This document shows, piece by piece, positions 51,899 to 64,000 of a stretch of DNA of 64,000 nt. The position numbers and the translations under genes were made by a program. Source of the stretch: Spizellomyces punctatus DAOM BR117 (lineage: Eukaryota). Position 1 is the first letter of the stretch. Every line of letters starts with the position of its first letter. Below the pieces are notes generated by a model that did no database searches, was not told where the DNA came from, and was given only the letters and a program-made list of their open reading frames with translations. The stretch lies in NCBI GenBank assembly GCA_000182565.2, contig KQ257450.1. The stretch is one strand, 5' to 3'.

Positions 51899-54356
51899 AT
51901 GCCAAATCCACGCGATATCGGGTTCAAACAACTGGTCCTTGACTTTTCGGCAAAACCAGGGAAGATGCCGCCTTCCTCTGAGAACGAAAAGAAGCAAGAA
52001 AAGAAGCAATCTCCACTTTCATCTTCGTCTTCCCTGGTGGACAGGACGGCTGCCTCCCCAACGTCTCGCTTTTCTCCATATGTGTCAAGGATACCCCCAA
52101 CTATCTCTGGAGGTGCATTGGAGCACCGCGGACGAAATGCTTCTCTGGGCTTGAAGAAAAGCGCGAGTGGGTCAAAAATGGTCATTGATTTAACGGGCGA
52201 TGAAAATCGGCATACAGATCCTCTGCTTTCTGTGCAGTACAGCAGCAACATTCCAGGAGAGGGTGCTGGGACTCTCGTTAATTTAACGACTGAAGGACTG
52301 ACAGCTTCCGTCATTCCATCAAAGCCAGATTTGGCTGCATACAAATATGCACCCTCAAACGCTACATCTATGTCCTCCGGGTGGTCGCAATCAACTTCAA
52401 CCACCGTAGCTAGCACGACAATGACCCGTCTTATTGGTGCGAGCACTGCTGCCTCCTCGTCATCGAGATTCAAGCACCGCGAAGTAGAGCTCTCAAAGCA
52501 TTTTTTAAAGAATACATTGGGTCAGGATGGTAGGACCAGATTAAACGTGGCATCAACAGCAAAGAGCACGATCCAGTTGTCAGAGGAGCAGGAAAATGTG
52601 GCGAAGCTGGTAGTTGATGGCCAAGAGAGTATATTCTTTACAGGGAGTGCCGGTAAGTGACTTAATATAGTTAAACGTTTTGAAAGATGTTCAACCTTCA
52701 AGGGCAATGACACAATTGATGATGCAGGAACGGGGAAGAGTGTACTGCTTCGAGAATTGATAAAACGTCTGCAGAGTAAATACGCAAAGGAGGAAATAGC
52801 AATTACAGGTGACAGTAACAGGTACACCAGTTCTCGCATTCTCTTGCTGACCCAATTGTAGCCTCTACAGGGATCGCTGCTTGCAACATTGGTGGCATTA
52901 CCTTGCATTCCTTTTCTGGTTGTGGTATAGCAAAAGGTATACACGCACTGTCGTCACTGGATGAATCAAACCACCCATTCTCTTCTCTGCATCCAGAGAC
53001 GGCAGCAGTGCTCGCACAACGTGTCATAGCCAATAATCGGTCCAGTACACGGTGGCGAAGCACCAAGGTTCTAATAATCGATGAGGGTGAGGACTAGAAA
53101 CATATTTGGTTTTATTCGTGATGAAGCGTGTTCTTTGTCTCGAACTAATGATTATGATGTAGTATCGATGGTTGAAGGAGACTTTTTTGATAAACTGGAA
53201 TACGTTGCCCGCTCAGTACGTCGCAGTCAGAAGCCATTTGGAGGAGTCCAGGTAGATAACATGGCCACTCAGCTACAACTCATCAACGACGGTGGCTTTG
53301 CTCACATCGCTTCAGCTTGTTATTTGTGGGGATTTCCTGCAACTTCCTCCAGGTGCGTTGAATGGTTATTGGCGCCCTTGATTTCCATTGCCCAATGCAG
53401 GCAGCACTCATATCCCCACATAGTCTCCAAAAACGCTAGATACGCTTTTGAAGCCACGAGCTGGGGAAACTGCGTAAAGCGAACAATACAGGTAGCTTAA
53501 CTGCGGCAAGAAACTCTATCATCGCAGCTAACATGTAAGGCTCGCTAAATAGCTGAACCACGTGTTTCGGCAACGGGATTCCACCTTTGTCAATCTCTTA
53601 AACGAGATGCGCATCGGAGTAGTATCACCAGAATCAGAAAAGGTGTTGAGGAACCTATCCAGGGAGTTGAGATTTGAAGACGGATTGGAGGCAACCCAAT
53701 TGTAAGTCAATTGGCTGATATGGTGTCCTGTACAAGAAAACATTCTCTGACATGCATCTGCTCGCTTAAGGTTTGCGCTCCGCAATCAAGTCGACCAGGC
53801 GAACGCTGCCCGCTTAGCCAACCTCCCTGGTCAAAGCAAGATATTCAAAGCTCAGGACCATGCCAAAACTGAGGCGGACCGAGCAAAGTTAAAAGATTTC
53901 ATGGCGCCCGCCGTCCTCGAACTCAAACTAGGCGCCCAAGTGATGTTAATCAAAAATCTTGATGAAAAGCTTGTCAATGGATCGTTGGGCCGTGTCGCCT
54001 CGTTTGAAGAGAAGACTGGATATCCGGTGATTGAGTTCATAATCAACGGGAGCCCCAAGTACATGGAGATTACGAATGATGACTGGACGCTGGAGGTACC
54101 GGGTCAAGGTGTTGTGGCATCTCGAAACCAGGTACCCTTAATTTTGGCCTATAGTATGAGTATACATAAGAGTCAAGGGCAAACGCTTGAGAGGGTCAAG
54201 GTGGACTTGGGCAGAGTGTTTGAAAATGGGCAGGCTTATGTTGCCCTTTCGAGGGCTACCAGTTTGGAGGGATTGCAGGTTTTGAACTACTCCCGAAATA
54301 AAGTCAGGGTTGATCGGAGGGTTGTAGAATTTCATAAAAAGTTAGGAACGGTTTAG
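51899..54356 (+). CDS. PIF1: Pif1-family 5'-3' DNA helicase; multi-exon
   Basis: LSEEQ, IFFTGSAG|TGKS, TA|STGIAACNIGGITLHSFSG, LIIDE|VSMV, PFGGVQ, GDFLQLPP, VFRQRD, QVPLILAYSMSIHKSQGQTL, GQAYVALSRA. Confidence 0.97.
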
Positions 54357-54528
54357 AGGTTCAAGACCTGTCCACTTAATAGGAATATTAGAGTCACTTG
54401 CTTTGTTGTTTCTCAAATTATTCTTATTTAGACATTGTCTTTGCTAGATCATTATGAACAGTAACGGCATTATTATTAAATCAATTGTAGTATCATAATC
54501 ATATTTTGCAATGCAACGTTGTCTGATG

Positions 54529-56050
54529 TCACTCATATGCCCTCCTTGGTGGAGTCGGTCCAATGACTTCTTCTTCATCCCTAAAAGGAGTTGCCGAGAC
54601 ATGGGTCACGTCTCCGGTCGAAGGTGCGTGAATTCCTCTGCGCTGAGGCTGTGGAGAAGATGGCAAGACTTCATCGTCGTCATCGGCGTCAGGTTCTTGT
54701 GTTGGATGCGACTGCTGTTGTTGGGTTGGATATTGCTGTGAGGGTATGGCTTGCTGTGACGTTCGCATTGATGCGCCACCACTCGTTCCCAAGTCGTCGT
54801 CTTCTTCATCGGGAGGACGGAGAGAGGCCAGGACAAAGTCGGCAGTGAATACATCCGGAGGCTGGGTTATGGTGAATATGATTGGGCTAGCGCATATACT
54901 ACGCGTGAGTATCGTTCGTTCTTCCACGTCCACAAGACTGGGTTGCTTACCTTCCAGCATGATCAAAATACGCCGAGACTGGTTGATTCATTGCATCAGC
55001 AAAGGACAAGACTGTCTACATGAATCATTCATCAGTCTCGTATAACCTGTACCACTAGGAGTGCCTACCTTAAAGTCCTTGAGGCTGATAGTAAGATGCA
55101 CATCATGCTGAACGGAAAAAAGGTCAAAATCGTTTGTATCCACTTGAAGTTCGGTTTGAAGGGATCGGGATGTTGGGTCTAACCACATCATATGCATAGC
55201 AGGAGGCGATTGATACATAACAGGCCCGAATAAAACGAACTTCAAAGCACACTCTTACCTTCAGCTTGAGCGTCCTCTGAGAAGCTTTTCAAACGCATAT
55301 AATCACGTCCACAGCCCAGGGTAATCTCTTCCAATCTATGCCAGAAGCAATTTACCCAATCATGAGACAATTTCGACGAAATGGTCCATTTGTTTCTACA
55401 AGCGTTCTTTGTATACAGGGCGGTCAGAGGATCGGTCGGTGCGTAATGAAGCTTGTGAGTTTTAGTAATGCCGTGTTTACAATGCAGGGTAATGATAAGA
55501 CGGTCCTGGTCAGTCGCTGTAGATGTGATGGCTGTGGGAAGACTTAGGCGACAGCTTTCAATAGTCGTTGTGCTCGCTTTGGCGCGGAAGATGTTCAAGA
55601 GCGGCTAGTAAACCAGGATGCATAAGACATACAAAACGAAGAAGAGGCATTCGATAATTGTCCCTATACTGACCTTTAGTAACACATGGCACCTGATAGG
55701 TCCCTGATCGTCCGCATTTCGCTTGGCAGAGTATGAGTCGAAGAAGGCTGGCTGGAGAGTGACGAGAACAAATGCGGAACGGGAGGCGTTGACTGTCGAA
55801 AGAACCAACTGGTTTGCACGAGTGAGAATGTGTTGTAAGTTGGCTGCCCCGTACACTGCCTACCTTGTTAACCCGGGCTTGTATGTAGAGGTCTTCACCA
55901 ACTTTGTTCAACGTTTGAAGGATTTTTGCAAATGCTGCAGACGCGATGTTTCTGAAAGCGTTAGAGAGATGGTCTTCTGCATGCTGCGGTTAAAAAAGCA
56001 AGGAATGAATACGTACGTTTGAGTGCAGCTGCGGACAGGATGGCCTCCAT
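54529..56050 (-). CDS. RAD9: Checkpoint clamp (9-1-1) subunit Rad9; multi-exon
   Basis: KILQTLNKVGEDLY, LVLSTVNASRSAF....LQPAFFDSY, LHCKHGITKTHKL, ISLKDFK, ADFVLAS; acidic tail. Confidence 0.88.
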
Positions 56051-56219
56051 CGGTGGACGAGCGAGCAAAATGCTGGCAGCTAGGGCTAGCACATCCATTA
56101 ACCCCAAATGAGACAAATGAGATCGAACACGTGATACTCCAACGTATGTAATTGGCAAGGTTTGCCAACGATCAGCAAGTTTAACTTGCTTTCCATCCAA
56201 CAACGAGAGATCCTACGTT

Positions 56220-57549
56220 ATGCAAGCACTAACCCTCGCTAAGCCAGTGACGTCGACGTCTCCGAAATATGATCCTCTTGAATTGAAAACTCTCCCTGTG
56301 CCGACTCCCAGTGCTTCAGAAACCCTCGTCCGCATTCACGCGGCCGCATTAAATCATCGAGATGTGTTTATCCGCCAGGGATTATATCCGAAGATAAAGT
56401 ATGGAAGCATTCTGGGGAGCGACGGAGCGGGTGTTGAAGTTGAGAGCGGGAAGAGGGTTTTGGTATGGTATCGGGCTCTCATTCAGTCTTTGCTTTTCGA
56501 GCACTTTCGTTGAGCATACTAGTGTGTCTTTTGTAGATCAACCCCTCCATGAATTGGGCGTCAGACCCGAGGGGTCCTGAACAACCTGAAAAGTATGGAA
56601 TGCTCGGCCTTTTACCTTTTCCAGGTACACCTGCAGTTACTGCGAGTCCACACTTCTTTGGTTTAATATCGATGGGAATTGCTATCAGGAACATTTGCGG
56701 AATACATATGCATACCAAAAACTCAAGTCCATCCGATTCCTGCACATTTGACTTTTACTCAGGCAGCAGCCCTTCCTCTAGCGGGCCTAACCGCTTGGCG
56801 AGCCACTATGACTAAGGGTCAAGTGCAACCCCACTCCACGGTATTGATTACCGGGGTTGGAGGCGGTGTGGCCCTTTTTGCAATGCAATTTGCTGTGGCA
56901 GCTGGAGCAAAGGTATTCGTTACAAGCTCCGACCCCGCCAAGATTGAGAAGGCAATCGAAATGGGGGCAACGGGAGGCGTCAATTATCGTGAAGGTGGGC
57001 AGATGGCTTAAATTGAAGCAGCCGTCCTTGCGCAACGCGCTTATCCTCATATTTTACATTCCGCGGTATTCTCAGAGAATTGGGCGAAAACCCTTCTAAC
57101 CCTCACCGGAGGGCAAGTTGACACAGTCATCGACAGCGCGGGTGGAGAAGCTTCTCTAGCGGCATATCTGAAGCTTCTTTGCGTAGGCGGCAAGCTCGTA
57201 ACTTATGGCGCAACGGTCTCGCCCACAGCTTCCCTCCTATTACCCACTGTTTTTCTAAAACAGATTTCCATACTCGGCACTACAATGGGCAACCAGGACG
57301 AATTCAAAGCGATGTTGGAATTTGTGGAACGTCATCGAATCGTACCAGTCGTAAGCGACGTGTGGGAGGGCTTGTCGGAAGGGGAGGGCGCGTTTGAGTG
57401 TATGAGGTAAGAGGAAGCATCTCGAGTTGAGTCTTATTGACCAACTTAAGTAAGATACTTCTTTGTCGATTTTCAGAAAAGCAAAGCAATTTGGAAAGCT
57501 CGTTATACGCGTCCGTCCGGACGATGATTCCAATGGGCCAAAGCTTTGA
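56220..57549 (+). CDS. MDR-family NAD(P)H quinone oxidoreductase / zinc-type ADH-like; multi-exon
   Basis: AAALNHRD, LGSDGAG, GTFAEY, AAALPLAGLTAWRA, VLITGVGGGVA, GTTMG, QFGKLVI; ends in PKL. Confidence 0.92.
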
Positions 57550-57982
57550 GCTGCCAAAGCAGCAGGAATTGTATCCTTCTGCAGAGTTTGTCACCATCAA
57601 AGATCCTTAATTGTCTCCCGTTAGTAGAGCATCGTGGAGTATAGATGTTGGCAGCAAGACATCCAAATTATGGCATCAATTATATTATTGGAGTGAAACC
57701 TGTTATGAGATTGGGTATTCGCCCTTAAAACTATTTGGAGCATTACTTTAGTGCATGCTACAAGGAAAAACTGTCAATTACAATAGTGGTATAGTCAATA
57801 CTGGTATACGAGTGAAAACCCAGTGAGGTAAAAACAGGGTCGATCTCCAACCACTTCGTGACGCTGCGTGGTGGTGAGTAGATCACGTGCTTAGGACACT
57901 CAGGGAACAGGTTGGCAAGATCAGTTCTTGCCAATCTTCCAACATCTGCAAGTACCATCCTCTATCGCTGGACTTTCCTACA

Positions 57983-58569
57983 ATGGCCACTTCTTCTAGC
58001 AAGCCTGCTGTTGAAAAACGGCCCTCGGACCAAGAAATTGTTGCTCAGGTGGGTTTGCGTGATATGAGAGCAAAGGCTGGACCTAATTGGATTGGCTTAC
58101 GTGCACCTAATAACGACCTTGTAGATCAACAGTATGAAGCAAGAAATGAACGCCATCGCCCAAAAACTCGGTGAACTTGAAATGGAAAAGGACGAGCACC
58201 AGTAAGTTGCTCGCTTCTCGCTCCAGTTTAGCGCAGGCCCGCAGTCGATGAAAAGCTGCGACCTATTAGGCTTGTTGTGGATACAATCAGTCCACTGGAA
58301 CCCGAACGTAAATGCTTTAGACTTGTCGGAGGAGTATTGGTGGAGCGAACAGTTCAGGACGTGCTACCAGCTGTGAAGACGAATATGGACGGGGTGAGTG
58401 AGATAAGGAACGCAGGTCCACGCAGCCCTTCTCTAGTATAACCCCTACATATTTCCCATCACGCAAGATCCAAAATATCATTCAACAACTCGTTGCCCAA
58501 TACAAGAAGAAGGAGCAGGATATGGAGGCATATCAAAAGAAGTGGAATGTACAGATCCGGGACCAATAG
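57983..58569 (+). CDS. GIM4: Prefoldin subunit 2; multi-exon
   Basis: IAQKLGELEMEKDEH..LVVDTI..LEPERKCFRLVGGVLVERTVQDVLP. Confidence 0.93.
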
Positions 58570-58879
58570 ACGAGGTTTTTTGTGAGGGTCATTTCCATCG
58601 CGCTGTGGTGTGATTTGCGCAAATAGCATTGCGAGAGGTCACCCGGCGCAGGCTGCATCTCAGCTTTAGTGTATTGATACTTGTCGCGATCAACTAATAT
58701 AGTGTATATATGGTACTTGCCGTCCTTAATTGCGGCTTGCCTTGTGCGTTCTGTATACCATGTGCATTCAGCAATGCCGTAATATGAACCAGTGTCCAAA
58801 TCTCCTACTGCAATTGATCAAGAAGGAGACATTCAATCTATTTACAATTAATAGCGCCGGGCACAAGGAGATATGTCCA

Positions 58880-59799
58880 TCATGACAAATCCATGGCTTC
58901 TACGCGACGCTCGCTTAATTCGTCCTCCATGAGGACACCTTCTTCCTCTTCTTCCTGTACAGATGGTGTAGGAGCTTCTTCGTTTAGCTTCTCTTCCATA
59001 GCCCTTTCTTCCTCTTCTTCATGATCTTCCGTAATGGTATCTTGAAGCTCGTGAATCGCCGTAATGATAGTCAAGAGCTGCTTTCTGCGGAGATCACGTT
59101 TTATCCGTGTGCTCTGCGTATCCGCTTTCAATCGCTCGATTTTAGTCCGTAGTTTCAACGCATTTCTGAACCATTAGGTTCAACAAAGTGACGACGTTTT
59201 GTTGTTGCGTGTGAAAAAACCAACTCACTCTATACTTCTATTACGTGAAGGCAACTCGTTGATCTTTTGTGCTACCTCATCGTATTCCAACTTGTTGGCG
59301 CGAATTCTCTGGACTTCCATGAGCCGCGCTTTCAGCAAGACTATTTCCTCTCTGCCTTTTCCAATTTCTTGCTCTGATCAAAAATAATGTGAGGCTCCGG
59401 CAGATATCAGATTCTAAACCAATGTATCTACCAATACGTGTCTTTTCCTCTTCATACAGCTGGATCTCTCGATTATTCATATCATGTATCAGCTGGTGTT
59501 TCTGTAAGCCGACTTCGAGTTGCGACAGGTCCGTGAGCACCTGATTACTGGATGGAGCGGTTTAGAGGAGCCGAACAAGGGCAATCGCTCAAGCTGGATT
59601 CTTACACTTCGCTGTCCTTGCCAGATGCATTTTGCGAAACATAGCGGAGAAAGCACTTTTTGAATGCCCGGTTGTCGAGCAGAATACGATTTCGTACTAT
59701 GGTGTCTGAGGAAAGCAGATCAGCTGTCAGTCATGACAACTCACAGATAAAAACATGTTACCAAAGCAGTAAGACCATACCTTCTGAGACGGTGGTCAT
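58880..59799 (-). CDS. THOC7: THO complex subunit 7-like (Thoc7/Mft1); multi-exon
   Basis: DTIVRNRILLD, NNREIQLY, RIRANKLEYDEVAQKINELPSR, LRRKQL..IITAIHELQ; acidic tail. Confidence 0.8.
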
Positions 59800-60311
59800 G
59801 ATAGATCCAGTTGACGAGCTTTCGTCAACGTTGTCGCTGAGAGGCTTAGTGCATCCACCTGGCGATGTGGCGTGGATGTGGCTGCCTGCGCTTACATACA
59901 GCACCAAGCGACATTTAATGTCAGCCAGCCGTCTTTTGGCACTATCGTAACATGATATTATCCACTGCTCTAACACACATAAGGCTTTGTTATGATATGC
60001 CAGAGCGTCAAACGAGCTGACTACGTAATTTCTGAACATCGTTCAGGACGGTCCCAAAGTTGCTGCGAGCAAAGGTACGAGCTCAAATCTCTCAACTGGC
60101 GTGTGCTGAGCTCGTCAACATTGGGCGATGGTCTTTTATGGTTCAGCTGGCCCTTCTGTAAATAATCATTTATATCGTTGTTACTGGCATCTGCTCACAG
60201 TCCAATGCTGATGTGGCTGGTACAGGATGAACAGGTGACATCTTTTCTGTGCTTAGTCGCGCGGTTGTGGTTGACGCTCGATCGCCCACCTTTCTTCCTA
60301 CAGTGTGGGCC

Positions 60312-62232
60312 ATGTCATTCACCCCCGTTGCATTCCCACCAGAGATTGACACTATCCTCCGAGCGAATTACTCTGATGCAACATGGATAGCAATCTGCAA
60401 AGCATTAGCTGTACCACCCCGCACTACTTTTTGTCGCGTTAATACGCTACGTTGCACCAGAGAGCAGGCTAGAGAACAACTGCAGGACTTTGTTGACATG
60501 GTACGAAATTACAGAAATTACTGCTGATTCACATATATCCTTCTCTGTTTCTAAAAATCTTCATTTTTTGCCAATTCCAAAAGCAATGTAAGCAGAAAAA
60601 CTGGCCGCAATGGATTGTGTATGAGCACCCTGTTGTGCCTGATGTCCTATATATGGACGTGCAAGGACCGCTTCACGTGGATCCTGTGCAAAAAGGTGAG
60701 ACTGATACTCACCGTCGCCTTCTTAATGAGTACTTACTTGCTTGCAATAGAGGTAATCATAGATACGATGTGTGGTAACGCTGTTTTGCGCGGTGCGGAT
60801 ATTTTTGCGGTAAGTCGAATCTTCATCTTATGGAGACCGGAAGTTGAGCATCTATGCCATTTCTTCAGACGGGTGTTCTAGCGGCCGAATCTGCCAGTAA
60901 GCACCACCTCTTGGGCCATGAATGCTACGGGATCGCTGTGATCTGAACTACCAATGGTTTTCGATAGCGAAGCCGGGAGATAAAGTGGCGGTATATGTCG
61001 ATCTTGATGGGGCATGCTTGCGTGGCCAATCGAAGAAGTACACGGGAAGGAAGGCTTTTGTCGGAAATGGCATTGCCATGATGGTATGTGCACAGTAATG
61101 CAATGCGATGCTGACACAATGTTAACTTGGATTCCAATTCCAAGGGCCGAGAAACCCTTTACACATGCTCTGCAAAGCAACTGCGAGGAAAAGGTGTTGG
61201 CGTACAAATGGTGGAGCCAATATATAAGTCGCCATCACTGGGAGATATGTTTGCGAAAGGGGTCATTCTGCAAAATCTACCAAGTGTGCTTGTTGGACAC
61301 GTTTTGGCACCACGGCCTGGAGAGTTGGTGTTGGATATGTGTGCAGGTAGGCCCCGTCACTTATGCGACGCTAGGAATACACGTAACATGGGACGTCTTT
61401 GGCAGCACCGGGGGGCAAAACGACACATTTAGCTGCGCTTATGCGGGATCAAGTGAGTGGTTTATTTAAATCCACATTTTATCACCATTACCAATTATAG
61501 GAGATTAGGGAACAATCATTGCGTTGGACCGTTCGCATCAGAAGGTAGACCGCTTGGTAAATTACATCCGTGAGCAAGAACTGGTCTCGGTAAAGGCATA
61601 TTGTTGTGACGCCACAAGCTGCGTCATGTCGGAACAAGAGACCAAGGAATTTCTAGCTACTCCCGTTTGGTGGTCACCAGGAAGCAAAATTCAGGCTCTT
61701 CCGCGCGAATGTTTTGATCGAGTACTTTTGGACGGGCCATGTTCTGCCATGGGTACGTACATCGCCACATCTCATAGTCTATAGTTTCAAATAGCCCTTT
61801 AACCTCCTTCGCATGATGTGCCTCGATCCAAAAGGTCAGCGACCAAACTTCAAGCCAGATATAACTGTCGGCGTTCTTCATCATTATCCAGCCTATCAGC
61901 GCTCCCTTCTGCACGCCGCTCATAAGCTCCTTCGTCCAGGAGGTGTTCTCGTTTACAGTACTTGTACAATTAACGCCGCCGAGAACGAGCACAATGTAGC
62001 CTACGCACTTGCCACATTCCCGGACCTGGAGATCATGGCAATACCGCCAGAATTCGAGGGGTTGAGCCAGGCAGGATTGACCGGTGTGGAAGCGCTGACC
62101 GAGGTGGCCAGACAACGATGTTATCGGTTTGAACCAGGTCAGATGTGTGGGGTAGGAGTGGATGGCAAGGTGCTAGAAAGTATTGGGTTCTTTTTTGCAG
62201 CTTTTCGAAAAAAAGAGGCAAACAGCCATTAA
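60312..62232 (+). CDS. NSUN6: NSUN6-like RNA cytosine-C5 methyltransferase with PUA domain; multi-exon
   Basis: PP..T..RVN, CGNAVLRGADIFA (PUA), LQNLPS...LDMCA|APGGKT, FDRVLLDGPCSAMG|QRP, LVYSTCTI...ENE. Confidence 0.9.
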
Positions 62233-62716
62233 GTATTTCTGGAACTGCCACAGATGACTTGAGTTTACTCAACCTTTTTCGGTTGCAAACTTTTTCCTGT
62301 GTGAGTTGGACTATGTTAGATTGCAATGTAGAAGGGACGACAGGATCAAGTCTTTACCCATATCAGGACTGCAAAGATCAGGCTTACTTACAGTCAGTCT
62401 GCTCCAGTTGACGATCAGTTGATAGGCTATTATTGTATTTCATAAAGCTGGCGAGATATCTATGTGATTTTTGGTTGAACGCAACTATAGAGAATAGCAG
62501 GTGCTGTCAACCCTCAAGACATTAAGTCTTCCTGGTCCACATTAGGAAGAACTATCACCACAGTTTAGTACGTCTGGAGGATCAAGCGACATAACTCAGG
62601 AATTTAGATGTTAAGACTTGGTTATTTCTCCAAATAAAGTTTGGTTATCATATGACTTACGATGATCCTCCTGTTCTCCATCAATTAAAAAGGCCCTTTT
62701 GTGAAAACTTCACGAA

Positions 62717-62747
<31 letters not shown>

Positions 62748-63037
62748 ACACACACTGGATTTCCTGTAGTTAATAAGAATAGGGTATCTCCTGCTAGGAG
62801 CAAAGCATATTGTAGTCCCTTATGTTTGTGTCTGGTTGTTCTGGTTGATCTTCGTTCATTGTCACATCTTGGTACATCAATATGTAAGTTTTGCCCGTTC
62901 ATGAGGTTTAGTGAGATGCATCTCGGTATCGGTGAAAAGGGAAACATCATGACGATCCACTCCTGGTAGGTCTATACTCTCGCTTTTAGTGAAAAGCCAA
63001 TTTGACATTTACATGGAGATATTTTGGCTGACAGCGA

Positions 63038-63700
63038 TGCATTTACATCCGTGTTCTTCTCTCCTTCTTCTTTTAGGATTCTGTCTGGCTCTCTCTCTCG
63101 ATGCAAATCTCAAACCTCAGTCTTCGAGGACCACAAAAGTGGTCAAGTGCATGTGCAAAGATTCCGAAAGCCTCTTATGCATATGGCAGACATTCAACTG
63201 TTGGTGATAAGCAGTTCACAGGTACGGACCTTAATATCACAAAATTTGGTTGATATACCATTGTTGTCTGGAGCTACCACTGCCTAGAGCTTACCGTCAA
63301 CGAATTGCTGAACTCTGACATAATCTTGAAATACCGATACTATAACGACAGTTGCAACAGATACATCGATATTCCCTGTTGCCCGCAGGGATGGATAATG
63401 CTACCGGGCCCCACGATTTGCAGCGGTACACTGGGGGAATCCTTCTTATATGCTCTGTCAGTTCCCCTTTTTCTGCAGAAACCCTTCATTTACCTTACTG
63501 CTGATAGTGGAGCACATCTTCCTTCAATTCAGCTTCTATTGCCTGGACGGCATTTTCTACAGGCTAGAGTTTCTATGTATTGGCATCTCAAGTGCAGTTT
63601 GATTGATCTGAATACCAGTTCAAAAGCACCGGAATACTTTTCTTTTCGCTGGAAGCAACTGTAATGAACAGTCTTTATTTTCTAACATTTGCCGGATTTG
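63038..63700 (+). CDS. Possible secreted Cys-containing protein with short exons
   Basis: Signal-peptide-like MHLHPCSSLLLLLGFCLALS followed by short Cys-rich segments bounded by GT/AG; structure unresolved. Confidence 0.25.
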
Positions 63701-64000
63701 CGGGTTGCAATGCTATTTGGATAGTTTCTTGCACATTCGTTCTCGTCAAAGTATACCCCTATGACGACTCCTCCACTATTCAAATCAGAAATGAGATACT
63801 TCCCGGAGAAGTTGGTATCATCTGTATTTTTATACCCTGTTGAGGCCGCTAATGTCTACTTTCGTTCCAAGACAAGCATCGACAAACATCGCGACGGGAT
63901 TGATAACGTAAGCAGACGGACCACTTGTCGCTTTCCCTCAACCCGATTTCTATTCTTCCGTAACACTAGTCAATCCCCACATTTTTCCCCGCAAACGCAC

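Noticed and set aside
51586-52473. 295-aa minus-strand ORF (and similar antisense ORFs over MDH, TMEM245-like and CCP genes)
   Set aside because: Shadow of the coding strand; no independent motif
51899-54356. Pif1 helicase near Fanzor as part of a Helitron
   Set aside because: No HUH Rep domain; intron-rich cellular Pif1 outside the TIRs and separated from the element by OGG1
62716-62755. Poly-C plus (CA)n tract, and (CA)n near 23093-23113
   Set aside because: Ordinary microsatellites

Overview
Intron-rich, gene-dense eukaryotic DNA with three assembly gaps. It is most consistent with a zoosporic (chytrid, Spizellomyces-like) fungus, inferred from the P2X-like channel, class A GPCR, tubulin deglutamylase and SpuFz1-like nuclease. 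About 28 spliced housekeeping and signalling genes are recognisable. The standout is a complete ~2.24 kb transposase-less element (47618-49854). It has 30-bp terminal inverted repeats, a TA duplication inside a CATA site, its own TATA box, an intronless 627-aa Fanzor1 (TnpB/Cas12-like RuvC) nuclease, and a right-end omegaRNA scaffold whose guide comes from flanking host DNA. The system is self-contained, and guide, TAM and target can all be read from this sequence. Other observations: a hidden exon that could give malate dehydrogenase a peroxisomal -SRL tail, a CACGTG motif about 70-120 bp upstream of many start codons, oscillating strand skew at ~14-33 kb, a telomere-like G-rich intron and an opsin-like GPCR lacking the retinal lysine. 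Exon boundaries and many start codons were placed by eye, and no database searches were run.
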